Made by a program: the position numbers and the translations under genes
Shown here: piece after piece, positions 11,160 through 24,200 of the stretch
Layout: each line of letters begins with the position of its first letter
Position numbering within the stretch: position 1 is the first letter of the stretch
Notes under the pieces: model-generated
The model's input: only the letters and a program-made list of their open reading frames with translations
Told to the model about the DNA's origin: nothing
Database searches by the model: none
NCBI GenBank assembly: GCA_051294375.1
Contig: CM119269.1
Location: 5,564,381 to 5,628,380 of the forward strand
Length of the DNA: 64,000 nucleotides
DNA from: Paraspadella gotoi
Lineage: Eukaryota > Animalia > Chaetognatha
Reading direction: 5' to 3'

Positions 11160-11732
11160 GGTGGTTGATAAAAAAATAAGAATTTTATCTACGAGGAATA
11201 TCATCCGCTATTTTCAGATTTTTTAAATAAATCTAGCGATTAATTCTTATTAATAAATCGTCGAAATATTAGAATCTCTCTCGCTCTCCCAAGAGTTGGT
11301 GCTGAAGATGATGGGTTATGTTAATTGGTTCATGGGGTCGAAAGGGATAATCGCAGCAAGAAAACGCCAAGAAACGACACCAATAGGAATTGCCAGATAA
11401 CGTATCCAAATGACTTTGGTTCGCGACCGTCGGTGACGTCCTTATTGCGAGGAAACTGCGTCTTCCCTCCTGTCATCGATTGAGTGTCGACAACGACAAC
11501 GACGACAACGACAACGACGACGACGAAAGGCGAAAACGACGAGTCTGTTGAGTTGCGCGAATACTAGCGGTGCAACAATATTAGTCACTTTTCGGTCGGT
11601 CCGTTGGTCTGTCCAACTTTTGTTTTAAATGCATCAATTAATTTCATATTTAGTAAGTAGGTTCGGTACCATATGATCTTTATGATTGTGATCACTAATC
11701 ACATAATCATAAATTCGATGCAGCATAATTTA

Positions 11733-11873
11733 TGAAATACCTGGTAATTTTTAATAATACTTGGCTTACTGATAAGTTATGAGTTTTATGCCTATATTTC
11801 ATATTTGTGTTATGTGTTTTGTGTTTTGTGTTATCAGTAAGCCAAGTATTATTAAAAATAATCAGGTATTTCA
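11733..11873. mobile_element. Small foldback/MITE-like element with 43-bp inverted repeats
   Basis: tgaaatacctggtaatttttaataatacttggcttactgataa (11733-11775) is the near-perfect reverse complement of 11831-11873 (2 mismatches); 55-bp spacer. Confidence 0.6.
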
Positions 11874-12114
11874 CTGGTCACGTAACCAATACAAAAAAAC
11901 CAAATGCGATTCGGTATTCTTTAAAATTCATTCTGTCAACTTGTATGCAACCATTTAATACTTTTTAAATAATCGTTATTAGTTATTATGTTCTATTTTT
12001 ATATTTTTAAGAAAGACACAAATATAAAATTCGAAAAAAAAACTTCAACTTCATTGATAGGGAAGCCAGGTACTCTGGGAGTGAATAAACGAAACTGTGA
12101 GAGAGTCTTGATTG

Positions 12115-12240
12115 AAATCTTGCAGGGACCTTCTGTGTCATCATCTTGTAAGAGTGATGGAGGCCTAAAACCATGGGCAAGATAGCTTATTTATTAAATG
12201 AATGGATAATTTTCATATTGGCAGTACCAATTTTATACAT
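12115..12240 (-). repeat. Copy of dispersed repeat family 'aaattggtacaaccaatat...gctatcttgccc'
   Basis: Reverse complement of 33250-33385, including aggcctccatcactcttacaagat and gtccctgcaag. Other copies at about 15033, 32309, 32930 (reverse) and 62234. Confidence 0.7.
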
Positions 12241-14068
12241 TAAGACAAGACAAGGCAGCAAGACTTAAAGCTGCCTCAATATTTCATTTTCCTTACTTAG
12301 GGCTAAAGGACAAAAACATAGCGCAAAATATTACTCCATCGATTTTTCTCCTTCAACTCAACTACGCAAGGTGTGGTCGAATACGGATAAGAGGTGACCC
12401 ACTGAAAAGAGGCGCTAATCGCCACCCCGCCCACGCGACAATCGAGACATTTCGGCGCGCGCTCCGTATCGCTTCCAACGTCCCTCGAGGCAACGCTCAC
12501 TCCTCAATTTATTATCTTTCCACAATCTCCCCTGATTCTCCACAATAACCCAATCAAGCAGCGTTTGAGGAAGGATGGAGCTCCTGATTCGCTTGTCAAA
12601 CAACACCGTCACTAAGTGCTTAGAGCTTGGTAACTCTTTCATCCAACGTACCAAAAACAGCTGAACGCAGTTTCCAACAGTGCAAACGCCACTCGGTCGT
12701 CCACAGAGCAAACAACCGTGTCCCGGTGCCATCAGCAACGCAAACAACCGCGTCACTGTACCGTCCACTGTGCAAAACAGCAGCGACACTTTTTCTTCCG
12801 CGGTGCAAGCAACAGCTCCACGATGCCGTCCACAGTGCAAACACCCACGCCACTTGGTCGTTCCAGCGCAAACAACCGAGCAAACAAGATTCAGTTGGAA
12901 AGTACTTGAGAAGAGAGTGGCCTTCTCGGAGAAGCAGACCTGTTCCTCGCCCAAAACTCGAGAAAGGGAATCGAAGAAGAGCTGATGAATTATCACCTGA
13001 AATGGGAAGCTTATTCTCCGAATTCTACGCTGATCGGAAAATTAGTCTCGGAAGACGCCTATGCGGGTGTTGTGTACAATATTCAATTATTCAAACAAGT
13101 CGATATCATTAGAATCAATAAGTTTGGCTTTTATATTCACCAAGAAAAGTTTTTAGTTATCGAAAATTCTACTGTGTTTTCTTCCTCAAAATTTATCGAA
13201 CGGACGAACCAGAAACCCGTAAACAAAAATGGGGGGAAAAAACGAGAGCTTGTTTCCATCTTTTTATGGTCTAATTGAATCTTCAAAGCAGCTGAGACAA
13301 AAATTTAAAAAAAAACGCTTTGAGTGCACCGATCGTTTCGGTTTCTTGTTTTTTTTTGGTTTATATTTTTATAAAAACAAAAAACTTATTTTTTTATATA
13401 AAGTTAAGCTGTTACAGTTTCTTAATTATCAGACTTTGACAACATTTTGCGATGCTCACCCGAAGTCAAAAGAAGTTCATGTCAGCGATTGAAATGAAAG
13501 GGAAACGTCCGATTGCACCGGAAGCGACGATGAGTTTTTTTTTACATTTCAAGACGTCAATCTCAACTCTAGATTTTAGGACGAATGAACCCAGAACTCA
13601 AGTACGGATTTGATTGTCATGGATTTTCGGAGGACGAGAAGATTTGGTGCGAATTCGAAAATAGTTTTAGCAGAATTTTGAAGTTGGATGAAAATACTAT
13701 TGGATGAGGAGAGATGAGTGACAGATTTGAAAATGGGACTTGGCGATCGATTTGAAGCCAGTCGGTGAGGATAGTTGTTTCGTTGATTGGAAGTCGTTTT
13801 TCTGTGATTAAAATTGGGAAATACTCGTTGCGCTTGTAAGTCTAGACGGAAGAATCAGAAAGCGTTTGTCGGTCTTTACATAGAAAAGGCTGGATTGTTT
13901 TTAAAGATTTTTATTTTCCTTCTTCGCTGTCGTGAACAACAGTTTTCCATCTGACTAAATAAATCGTTAAAAGTAAAGCGCTTCCCTTTTTATCCCCACG
14001 AACGACCGGCGTGGAGACATGGTGCAAAAAGAGGGAGAGAAAGAGAGAAACAGTCACGGCGACAAGAG

Positions 14069-14168
<100 letters not shown>

Positions 14169-14367
14169 GATGGAAGATAGAGAGAAAAAGAAAGGAGAGA
14201 CAGAAAGTGAAAACGATAAGATCCCAGCGAGAAAAATAAAAAAAGAAAGTAAATCATAAAATAAGAAAAGAAAGGAGAAAAATTAGTTATGATTTTTTTA
14301 AATTTTTTAATGATTTTTCGCAAAGAAACTGAATCAGCGAGAAAGTCAAAATATCGAAGAATTTAGG

Positions 14368-14481
<114 letters not shown>

Positions 14482-15227
14482 GCGTTTTCTTTCGCCAGCC
14501 TCTGATGTATGACGCCGGTTGATTCACGCGTAAAACCCGATCCTCCTCCTCATCGTTTTCTTCTTCCTCTTCCTCCTTCTCTACCTCCTTTTTCCTCTTC
14601 GTCCTTCCTTCCCCCCCTCATGATCGAGGGAGAACGTGAGACGAAGCGAGAGCGAGAGCGAGAGACACAGAGAGAAAGCGACAGAGAGCGAGAGGGGAAG
14701 AAATCCACGACTATTCCTGCATCGCATGCCTCGTATCGCATGTTGCATGGTGCATGCAGAATGTGCAGGACGATGACTCATACGCGCGAGCATCAACACC
14801 TTTTTTTCGTTCCCCCGTTTTTTTCTGGGCTTTTCTTCCTCCTCCTCCTCATCCTCCTCCTCCTCCTCGTCATCTCCTTCAGCGGATCTGGTCTCGCGGT
14901 GGCGAAGGAGTGGAGAAGTGGAGGAGGAAGGTCGGACTGACTTTGGAGGGAAAAACTTTTTCCTGGGTTTTTACGTTCTTAGGATTCTCGCTCTTTAGTG
15001 AGTTTACAGCGAATCACAATGAGTTTACGACGAAATTGGTACAAGCAACATTAAAGATATTTCTTTATTCTATTGAATAAGCTATCTAATATCTAGTATC
15101 TAGTATCTATTCCCTGACTTTGCACAGACTATGGTCGGTTAAGGCTTCCTTCTCTCTCACATAGCCCTCTCACGGACCAGTATATTCACTCAAAGAGTAA
15201 GTAGTACTCTTTCAATAAAGTAAGTAG

Positions 15228-15456
15228 TATGGTGGACTAAAATGCACGTTCATCTGCGGTCATTGGTGCCGGAGGCAAGTCATTCGCCTCCCAACCTAAA
15301 GGTCCGGGGTTCTTGCCCGGTGGTCGTCTGGCAGTTAAGATGGACGGGGCGCTTAACCCGCCTGTAACATGGTGTTACAGCCTGATCCGAAGCTCAGGGA
15401 CTGCTTATATTGAACGGTTCTGTCACTAACACATAACAAATATCACTATCTCTTCA
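15228..15456 (+). mobile_element. Solo LTR of the tRNA-LTR TRIM
   Basis: Same TATGG...CTTCA unit as 1738-1971, flanked by its own 4-bp TSD GTAG (15224-15227 and 15457-15460). Confidence 0.88.
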
Positions 15457-15819
15457 GTAGTATAATTTTTTCTATAAATTATTTTAATTATATAAAAGGA
15501 CCACTCCCTTAAGTTATGATGCACAGTTAATTTACAGCGAATCACAGTCAGTTTACACCGGGCAAAGGATAAGTGATTCGTGTTCAAGCAAACATCACCG
15601 TCATGTGTGTCTACCTTTTTATTATTCACCAATTTAGCATTCGCCACAATATATTATAAATTATATGATGTACTTTATTAATAAAGATTAAATAAGTACA
15701 AATTTTTAAAATAGAGGAAACAATAAAAATAGGGAAAACTCTTTTCCTCGAAACGAAACTTCAAGGCTTTCGCCAGCAGCGGAAGAAAGGATGGAATCCA
15801 GGCGCTTAATGGCCGTAGA

Positions 15820-15920
<101 letters not shown>

Positions 15921-18660
15921 ATCTTTTGTTTTCATCGTCAGACTCTGCCTCTGACGTCATGAAGGGAATTGCGTCCTCCTCTTCCCGCCGCAAGAGTCGC
16001 TGGACGACCCGTTGCGGTAAAGTGGGTTTTCGCAGGGAAATTACGGGATGTGGTATGAAGTAAAGCATGGAGGGCGGGTAAGGAGTGGGAATTGGAATGA
16101 GGGAATGAGGGAATGAGGCATGGAGGGCGGGTAAGGAGTGGGAATTGGAATGAGGTTCGGAGTCGCAGATAGGGTTGAGCGTTAAGAGGCATGACGATTA
16201 AAATTTATTGCAGCGCATAGATTTTCTAAAGTTTTTATTGATTGACTGATTTATTTATTTATTGAATGACTGATTTATTTCATTTATTTATTTATTTAAT
16301 TATTTATTTTATTTATTAATTTTTTATTTATTTAATTTATTTGTTTAATATTTTTTTTTATTTAACAGTTTTGTTGTGGGTACAAAAGAGAATAAAAAGA
16401 TTGAGAAGGGTAGATTTGCGCGCGATTGCTATTGCTGTTTACTGTCAGCTAACTCTATTTCGTATAATCGATAATTTCTTTTACTTTCGATAGCATTATT
16501 TATTATTATCATTCATTAATTATTTATTTATTAGTTATTTCACGTTCACACCCGTCAATACCTACCTCAGCCAATTATTTCCCCCGACTTTTTTCAGAGA
16601 AGACGGGAGAAGACGCGTCATTACTTCCTCGTTCCGCTCGCCCCTTTCGCGTCTTCGGTCGTCAATGAAACTCAGAGTCCGTCGTTTCATCCCGCGTCTC
16701 TTCGCACGGATGAACTTTGCGTCAGGGAAGAATGAAAGAGACACCGCGGCGTATTCGACTGTGTTAATTTCAGTTAGATTATCATAATAGTATTAAGATG
16801 GAAAATATTATCCATCTTAAACGATTAATAAGAGAGTTGAACCGGACTTTCGGTTCGATTTACTAATTTGTCGAATTTAATTTCAGGAAGTTTTAGGTAC
16901 GTATTTTGGTTCGGCCATATATGTAGAATTTAAAGCGTGTCCAGTGTCCACTGTCCACGTCTAATGCAAAACTCCGAGAAAAGGTTACTTACTACTTATT
17001 GGTAATAATATTATTATTCTTTTTTGGAGGAAGAAGTTACGGTTATGATTCTGGGATCATAGGATAGAAGAACCGAATCCAAGGTAAGGCGGGAGAAGCT
17101 TCGCACAGATGAAGATTCCTGGTTACGAATACAATGCATTTTTGCTTTAAACGTATTTTAACGTCATCGGGACTCATCTCGAGTTCTTTAAGTTTTCTTA
17201 ACTCACGATCGCCGAGGATCGTTGCTCAATTGCTCATTTAACTTCAACTTCGTGCGTAAAATATTTACACGAATCACCATAAGTGAATGAAGAATGAAGA
17301 AAAATGCTTGAAATTTACAAAGATAAACAGAACATTACATTTGCCCTTTAAAAAATTCACGATTTCATGGGATCCGCTTAGGTATTGGCTTTTAAACGTC
17401 TACAGCATCGAGAAAAATGACAACGACCGCTTGATTCAGGACCTCATGAAAGTCTTCTTTTAGGTATATAACTTTCATGATGCCTCAACAAAGATAAAAC
17501 TAAATCACAAACAAAATCAAATCCGACGAAAAGAAAGCGAAAGAAGAAAAAAAAAAAAAGAAAGTAAAATCACATAAAGCACTACTATAATTATTGTACT
17601 ACTATTTACGTACGTACTACTATTTACACTGCTTTTACTCTTAATAATACGAACACTGCTAGTACAACAATTAAGTACCAGGTTTCACACTACGATTTCC
17701 TCTATAGAAAACCAACATAAAACGAAGAAGAAGAAAACAACAACAAGACGACGACGACAACATCAACCACTTTGCCCTTTCAGAAGTACATTTGCCCTCT
17801 TCCAATGTCTGAGAAACCTCAACTGCGCAATCGCGTGTTTGATTGAAAAGAAAAAAAAACCGAAATTCTGGAAAGTCGTGCGCGACTCCGAAATCGAATC
17901 AAAACCAAAAATATAAAAATATGAGGAAGAAGCGAAATAATGTATCCATTCATTCTTTAATCGCGGGGTTTCCAAGGAACCATCGAGAACGACGCGTGAT
18001 AGGTCGACTCAGTCTCGTGTGGAACAACGACGCGTTCTCATTGGTCGAGCCGCGAGTTGGAGGATCGCGACAGGTTCCTCAAAAAAACGCAACATTTCAT
18101 ATTTTTGTATTAAAAAAAAACACTTTATTTTCTTCGTGATTTGAATGATTTGCATCATTGTGAGGAGACGTTCATAATGCTGATTGGGTTAAAAGTTCAA
18201 ATCTTAAAGTAATATTAAAGATAGATTTTATTTCAACGCTCTGACCGTCCAATTGGGAATTTCGAAGTTCCTTCAAAACTAACTCTAGTAATATAAAAAC
18301 ATGGTCACTAAAAGATTACCACCTATTATCGTGGAAAGACAGTGGAAGGCTACCACCGAGGGGGAATGAGAGGGGAAAGTTTTTGTAAATAGGGCCTGTG
18401 GTAAGTCCCCTCACCACGTTATTTAAAAAAATATCTAGATCTGTTTTGTAGGTTTTTTTCAGAAATAGAAAAAAAAGAATATTGTTGCGCTATATATACG
18501 GAAAAAAACTAAACAAAACGAATAAACGAAAAACAACTAATAAAGCCTTGAAGGCGCATGAAAAAAAAACAGTGACTCATCCATCAAAAATCTCTCGAAG
18601 ATGGCAAATTGATTCGACCTTTCCCGATCCAACTCATTCGCGCCAAATCGAGCAACGACG

Positions 18661-21233
18661 ATGATCACTTGCAACAAGGCGCTCGTGTTCAGGTGCAACG
18701 AATCCAGCGGCAGCGGACCAGAACTTCTTCGGCAGGTCTCGAGCCCGCTGGGTGGGATTGTGATATAGGAGCGTGAGTCAGAAAGATATCAAAAGAAGCT
18801 CGTGAAGGGGCAGTTATGATAGCAGTGAGCACGTTGTTTAACCTTTTTTCTTGGAACAACAATACCGCAAGCAATAAAATCGCAACTAAACATTAAACAA
18901 TGAAATTTACCCCGAATTAAATTAAATTAAATTAAACTCCCGCTCAGGTTCTGTTGGAGCGAGGCTGGCAGGAATACGACAGCGACGGATCAGCGAATGG
19001 CGACGACGAATCCACTAGAGAACCAGACTGGAATCTTTGGTGGAGGACGTCTCGGTTCAGGATGTCCGAGTACAACGAGATTATGCCCTGGCAGAGGCTC
19101 AATCACTACCCCAAGGTTGAAAGAGGGGAAATGTTTGGTTTGGGCAGAGTCTTGATCACTATCTCAAGGTTGAAAGAGAGAAATGTTAGGTTTGGGAAGT
19201 GTCTTAATCACTACCCCAAGGGTGAGAGAGGAAAATGTTAAGTTTCGGCAGAGTCTTAATCACTATCCCAAGGTTGAAAGAGAGAAATGTTAGGTTTGGG
19301 CAGTGGCTCAATCATTGTCCCAAGGGTGGAACAGAAAAATTATAAGTTTGGGCAGAGGCTTAATCACTTTTTCACAGTTGAAAAAAGTAAGTTTGTTCAG
19401 AGGCTCCAGGGAAAATACCAACAGATCATTATATCTTATAAAATGATATAATAAAAATAAAAGTACAGGATTAACAGCGTAAATAACAAAAACTGTAATT
19501 TCAATGTGTTGCGCCGCTGTATCTGACATATCACAAATATTTCCAGGTGATCACGTAATTACATAATTATAAAATATACTATTGTTGATCACTTATCTGC
19601 AAAGTTTTAACTAAATCAACCATATTACACGAAATATACTATGATGAGGTAACCATAGTACTCCGTATTAAAGTTTGCACATGGACAAGATTCCTTATTA
19701 GCCTCAAAAGTATTGATTAAAATGACTCAGTAATACTCAGTATTTAATGAGTTATGCTACATTAAATTTTGGGTTATATGATTGAATTTTTAGATGATCA
19801 CGTAACTGTACAAATATTATACATATGCAATGAATTATGCATTATGCATATTAAAGTTCTTATGGGACCATACCTTTCTACCATATATGAACTAAATTGA
19901 AGTAGTATTACCGTAGTTATGATCAATTTTAATGAAAGTATGACAAACCGACAGATGTACTGACTGACCGATCGACCGCCAGACCGACCTACCGATTAAC
20001 ACTCAAATGTCTTATAGAGTTGCTCACCGAATACTCGCGGCGTAACCACAAATGCCGTATACTATACATTCAAAAAAATTCTTCTTTAAAGAATTTCGGC
20101 CAGAAAATCTACGATGTACAAAAATTCCTGGGTCGACCCTCAATATCAAGGTTACCGAGTAGAGCTTCAAGTCCCACTCGTAGTTCAAGGCCAAAATACG
20201 ACGAGCTAGAAATGGAAGACAGAAAGAAAAAAAAATTGAAGCGAGAAAAAAGGAGAACGAAGGAAGAAAGTAGAGCAAAGAAGGGAAAAAAAATTGTAGA
20301 AATGTAATAAAATTAATTAAGAGGAGAGCCTGAAAAATGAATGAAGAAAGAAGGAAAGAAATAAAGGAGAAAAGAAAAAAAGAAAAAAGAAAGAAAGAAA
20401 GAGAAAAAAAACCTTGAAATAAACAGAAATAAACAAACAAACGTCGAGCCGGTTTTTTTTTGTTTTTTTTTGAGAATTCGATGACGTAATTCAACTTAAA
20501 GGCAATTAAGCGCGACAAAAATCTAAAATATATATGTTATATATACATTTGTCTTTTGTATATTTGTAAAATCGTTGTGCAATACTATTATTAAACTCTA
20601 CACTTTGTAATCTGATTTAACAACGAAAAGAAAGGAAACGATGCGATCATATATATTTGTCATAATTTAAATCTACCACTATTTAATCCCTCTTCCCGCG
20701 ACAGACGACTGCCATCACTAAGAAGGATTGTCTCTTGCGTCACATGCGTCGAATGAAGGGAGTCTTCGGAACGCTTTACAATTTCATCCCAGTCTCTTTC
20801 AATCTGCCCAACGATTATACGAAGTAAGAACTTGAGATTAGATGGAATTGTTTTGACCGATGAGGCGTCGTCGTCGTATTGGCCAATCTCTTTATTAATT
20901 TGTTTGACACAGATTTTTGACGAATAAAAACGAAATCCGATCCTCGTGACGTCAGCTTCCGCGACTCATAAACCGAGAATTCAGTTTCGAATCGTCTAAG
21001 CTTTAGTTAATTATAATTTTATATCGATTTATTTAATATTAATAAATTATATATTTTATAATTATATATAATTATGTGTAATATATTTAAAACAGCTCTC
21101 AGAATATTTTTATTGGTTACAGCGTTAAGGATTTTTTAATTTTTTGACTTATGAGAAAACAGAAAATACTTGAGACTAAGAATCACGCATAGGTTGTAAT
21201 AAAATTATTGATTTGATTTGATGAACTCTTAAA

Positions 21234-21279
<46 letters not shown>

Positions 21280-24200
21280 TCTCTTCCATCTCATCGTCTC
21301 TCTCTCTCTCTCTTTCCCCTACTCCTTTCTCAGGTTTCGTCGCAGAATACACGAAGCAAAGAGACAAATCGATATGGATTTGCAAACCCGCGGATTTATC
21401 TCGAGGCCGAGGAATCTTTATATTTAAAGACCTCAACGATTTAGGTGCACAGAGTTTTTGGAGTCACGCCGCCGAAAAAAAATTTCGGACGAATTTGGCC
21501 CATATAGTTTTTTCTTATCTTTTTAGCCTACGACTGCAACGCGGTGGTGCAGAAGTACGTGGACGATCCTCTCCTCATTTGCGGCTACAAATTCGATCTC
21601 CGAATGTACGTCTGCGTTCCATCCTTCCATCCTTTGACTCTCTATCTCTACGAGGAAGGGCTCGTTAGGTGAATATCGGAGATTCGAAAGGTTCTCTTTT
21701 AAGTGTCACTTACCAAATTACGGTATTATCGAAATCGATTCAAAACCGAATTACGTTTGGTTGAAGAGGCTGGTTTTAAGGGGCGCCACATCCGCAGCGG
21801 TGTCACCTCGTGGTGACAGCGATGTTCAAGTAGTCCAATTGCCCATACCTACTGGCGGGTTACCCGGTCCATCCCACTTTCTACATGACAACCTGAGTGC
21901 TCGAACCAGGGACGTACTTTGAGATGGTGCATTAGTTCACTGATCTGTGGTGAATCACCACTGGTGAAAGGGCCACCAGATGGTATTCTTTTCTATTTTT
22001 CGTCACTTAAACTCTTGTCTTTATACCGGGATTAATACAAAATTTATATACGTGCTCGCCTTGAATTCCAGATTCGGGACTGAAAAATACAATTTGAATA
22101 ATTTAGAAAACGTCTACTCTCATTTAACTAATACGTCAATAAACAAATTCAGGTAAAAAACTACTAAATATTTTACTGAGTGGATTCCGGTAGTACTTCT
22201 TTTCAAAAATTTAACTAAATTAACAGTTTTGATTCTTAATTCATTCAGCCCGACTTACGCGGTTGACAAAGAGCGCATCGGACCCGGATGTAAATGGAGT
22301 CTGGCGCAACTTAAAAGTTACTTGCATCAGGTGAGTCTCGAGGTCACGCAACTCTCGGTTAGTGAGGAGTTTGAGGGAACACGAATTTTAAGTTTCTAAT
22401 GTCTGACTCAATGCTCACATTTCGTCAAGTATTAATCAATCTATCTATATATCCTTCTATCTATCTATCTTTCTTTTATTTATTTTTTTAGATGAATATA
22501 GACGATTCTTTGCTTTGGCCGCGAGTAATTTCGATATGCACACTCACTATTCTTGCTCAGGTAAAAATTTCCGGAAAAAAGTATTAATATATTTTATCTA
22601 ATCAAAGCAAGCAAACTAAATTTAAAAAAAAAAACTCTTAAGAGGGCCGCAATAACGCAAGGCTCTTAAATACTACTTGCGATCGCACCTATTAGACTTA
22701 CTTTTCGACAGGTGCCGTCTGTGCCGCGCATCTCCAACTGTTTCGAATTGTTCGGCTTCGACATTCTTGTCGACGAACACATGAAGCCCTGGCTGTTGGA
22801 GGTCAATTTCTCTCCCTCGCTGGGGTCTGACTGTCAGGCGGACATTCAGGTGATTTAATAACCGTGGACGAGGCAGACATTCTTCAGATTAGACCATTGG
22901 ACATTCAGGTGATTTAATAACCGGGGACGAGGCAGGCATTCTTAGATTAGACCATTGGGACATTCAGGTGATTTAATAACCGTGGACGAGGCAGAAATTC
23001 TTAGATTAGACCATTGGACATTCAGGTGATTTAATAACCGGGGACGAGGCAGGCATTCTTAGATTAGACCATTGGGACATTCAGGTGATTTTAATAACCG
23101 TGGACGAGGCAGACATTCTTTAGATTAGACCATTGGGACATTTCAGGTGATTTAATAAACCGGCGGACAGTGCAGACATTCTTAGATTAGACCACTTGGG
23201 ACATCAGGTGATTTAATAACCGGGGACGAGGCAGGCATTCTTAGACCATTGGGACATTCAGGTGATTTAATAACCGGGAACGAGGCAGACATTCTTAGAT
23301 TAGACCATAGGGACATTCAGGTGATTCAGGTCCGCGACCTGGCGATTATTTAAGCAGGCACTACTAGCGCCAGATACTAGAAATTATTTTTTCTACTTTA
23401 CGATTGAGGTTTACATTGTATTCCTTTCATACAAGTAACATCTCTAACTAGTATTCTACTATCGTTAATAATTTGATACTTTTGATTGTTTGCCAGGTTA
23501 AAAAACCCCTTTTGCATGACTTACTCGATTTGCTCAACTACAAAGACACGGACGCCGAGCACGGACAGGGTCATCTCTACAACAAAGAGAATAGACAAAA
23601 GTACAACATCGGACTGGGCAGCTCATCCATGACAGGTTTTAACGGAGTGTGAGGGCCTTCGGGCAATGGTTAAGCCGGATGCTCTTTTGTTTGAATAATC
23701 GATAGCAGAAGAAATTGCTTTGGTCAGTGAACCCGGATCCGTGCGCGTGCCATCTGCGCGGACCGACGGACAAAACTTCCCAGCGACGTCTTCCTAGCTT
23801 ATGCGCTTCTTTACGGTAAATATTTTCGGTGCGATTAGATTAAGAAAAAAAAAAAGCTTATCCACGAATATTGTGGGTGTATAAAATTTGAGTTCGACCA
23901 ATCTGAAATTATTAATTTAAAATCAAACGCATCCTATCTCAGGATGAATCTTATATTTCAAGTATATTCCAAAATCCGCAAACACCAATCAGTTAAAATT
24001 CTATTAATGAGTAAAGAGGCCGTCCCCTCGCTCTTCTTTTTTCTCACGAGAGACTCCAACTTTTCCCTCGGGAATTTCCGCGCAAATGTCTTCAATCTCT
24101 TGCTCCTTGAACTCTAGGGCACGCCCCCATTCCGAGAGAGTTATTTCACCTTATGAAAGATGGATCAAAAATCTTCGAATCAAATCAAGAAGTCTTCAGA

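Noticed and set aside
22840-23330. CRISPR-like regular repeats
   Set aside because: Head-to-tail units with no unique spacers, no cas genes, and located in a eukaryotic intron.
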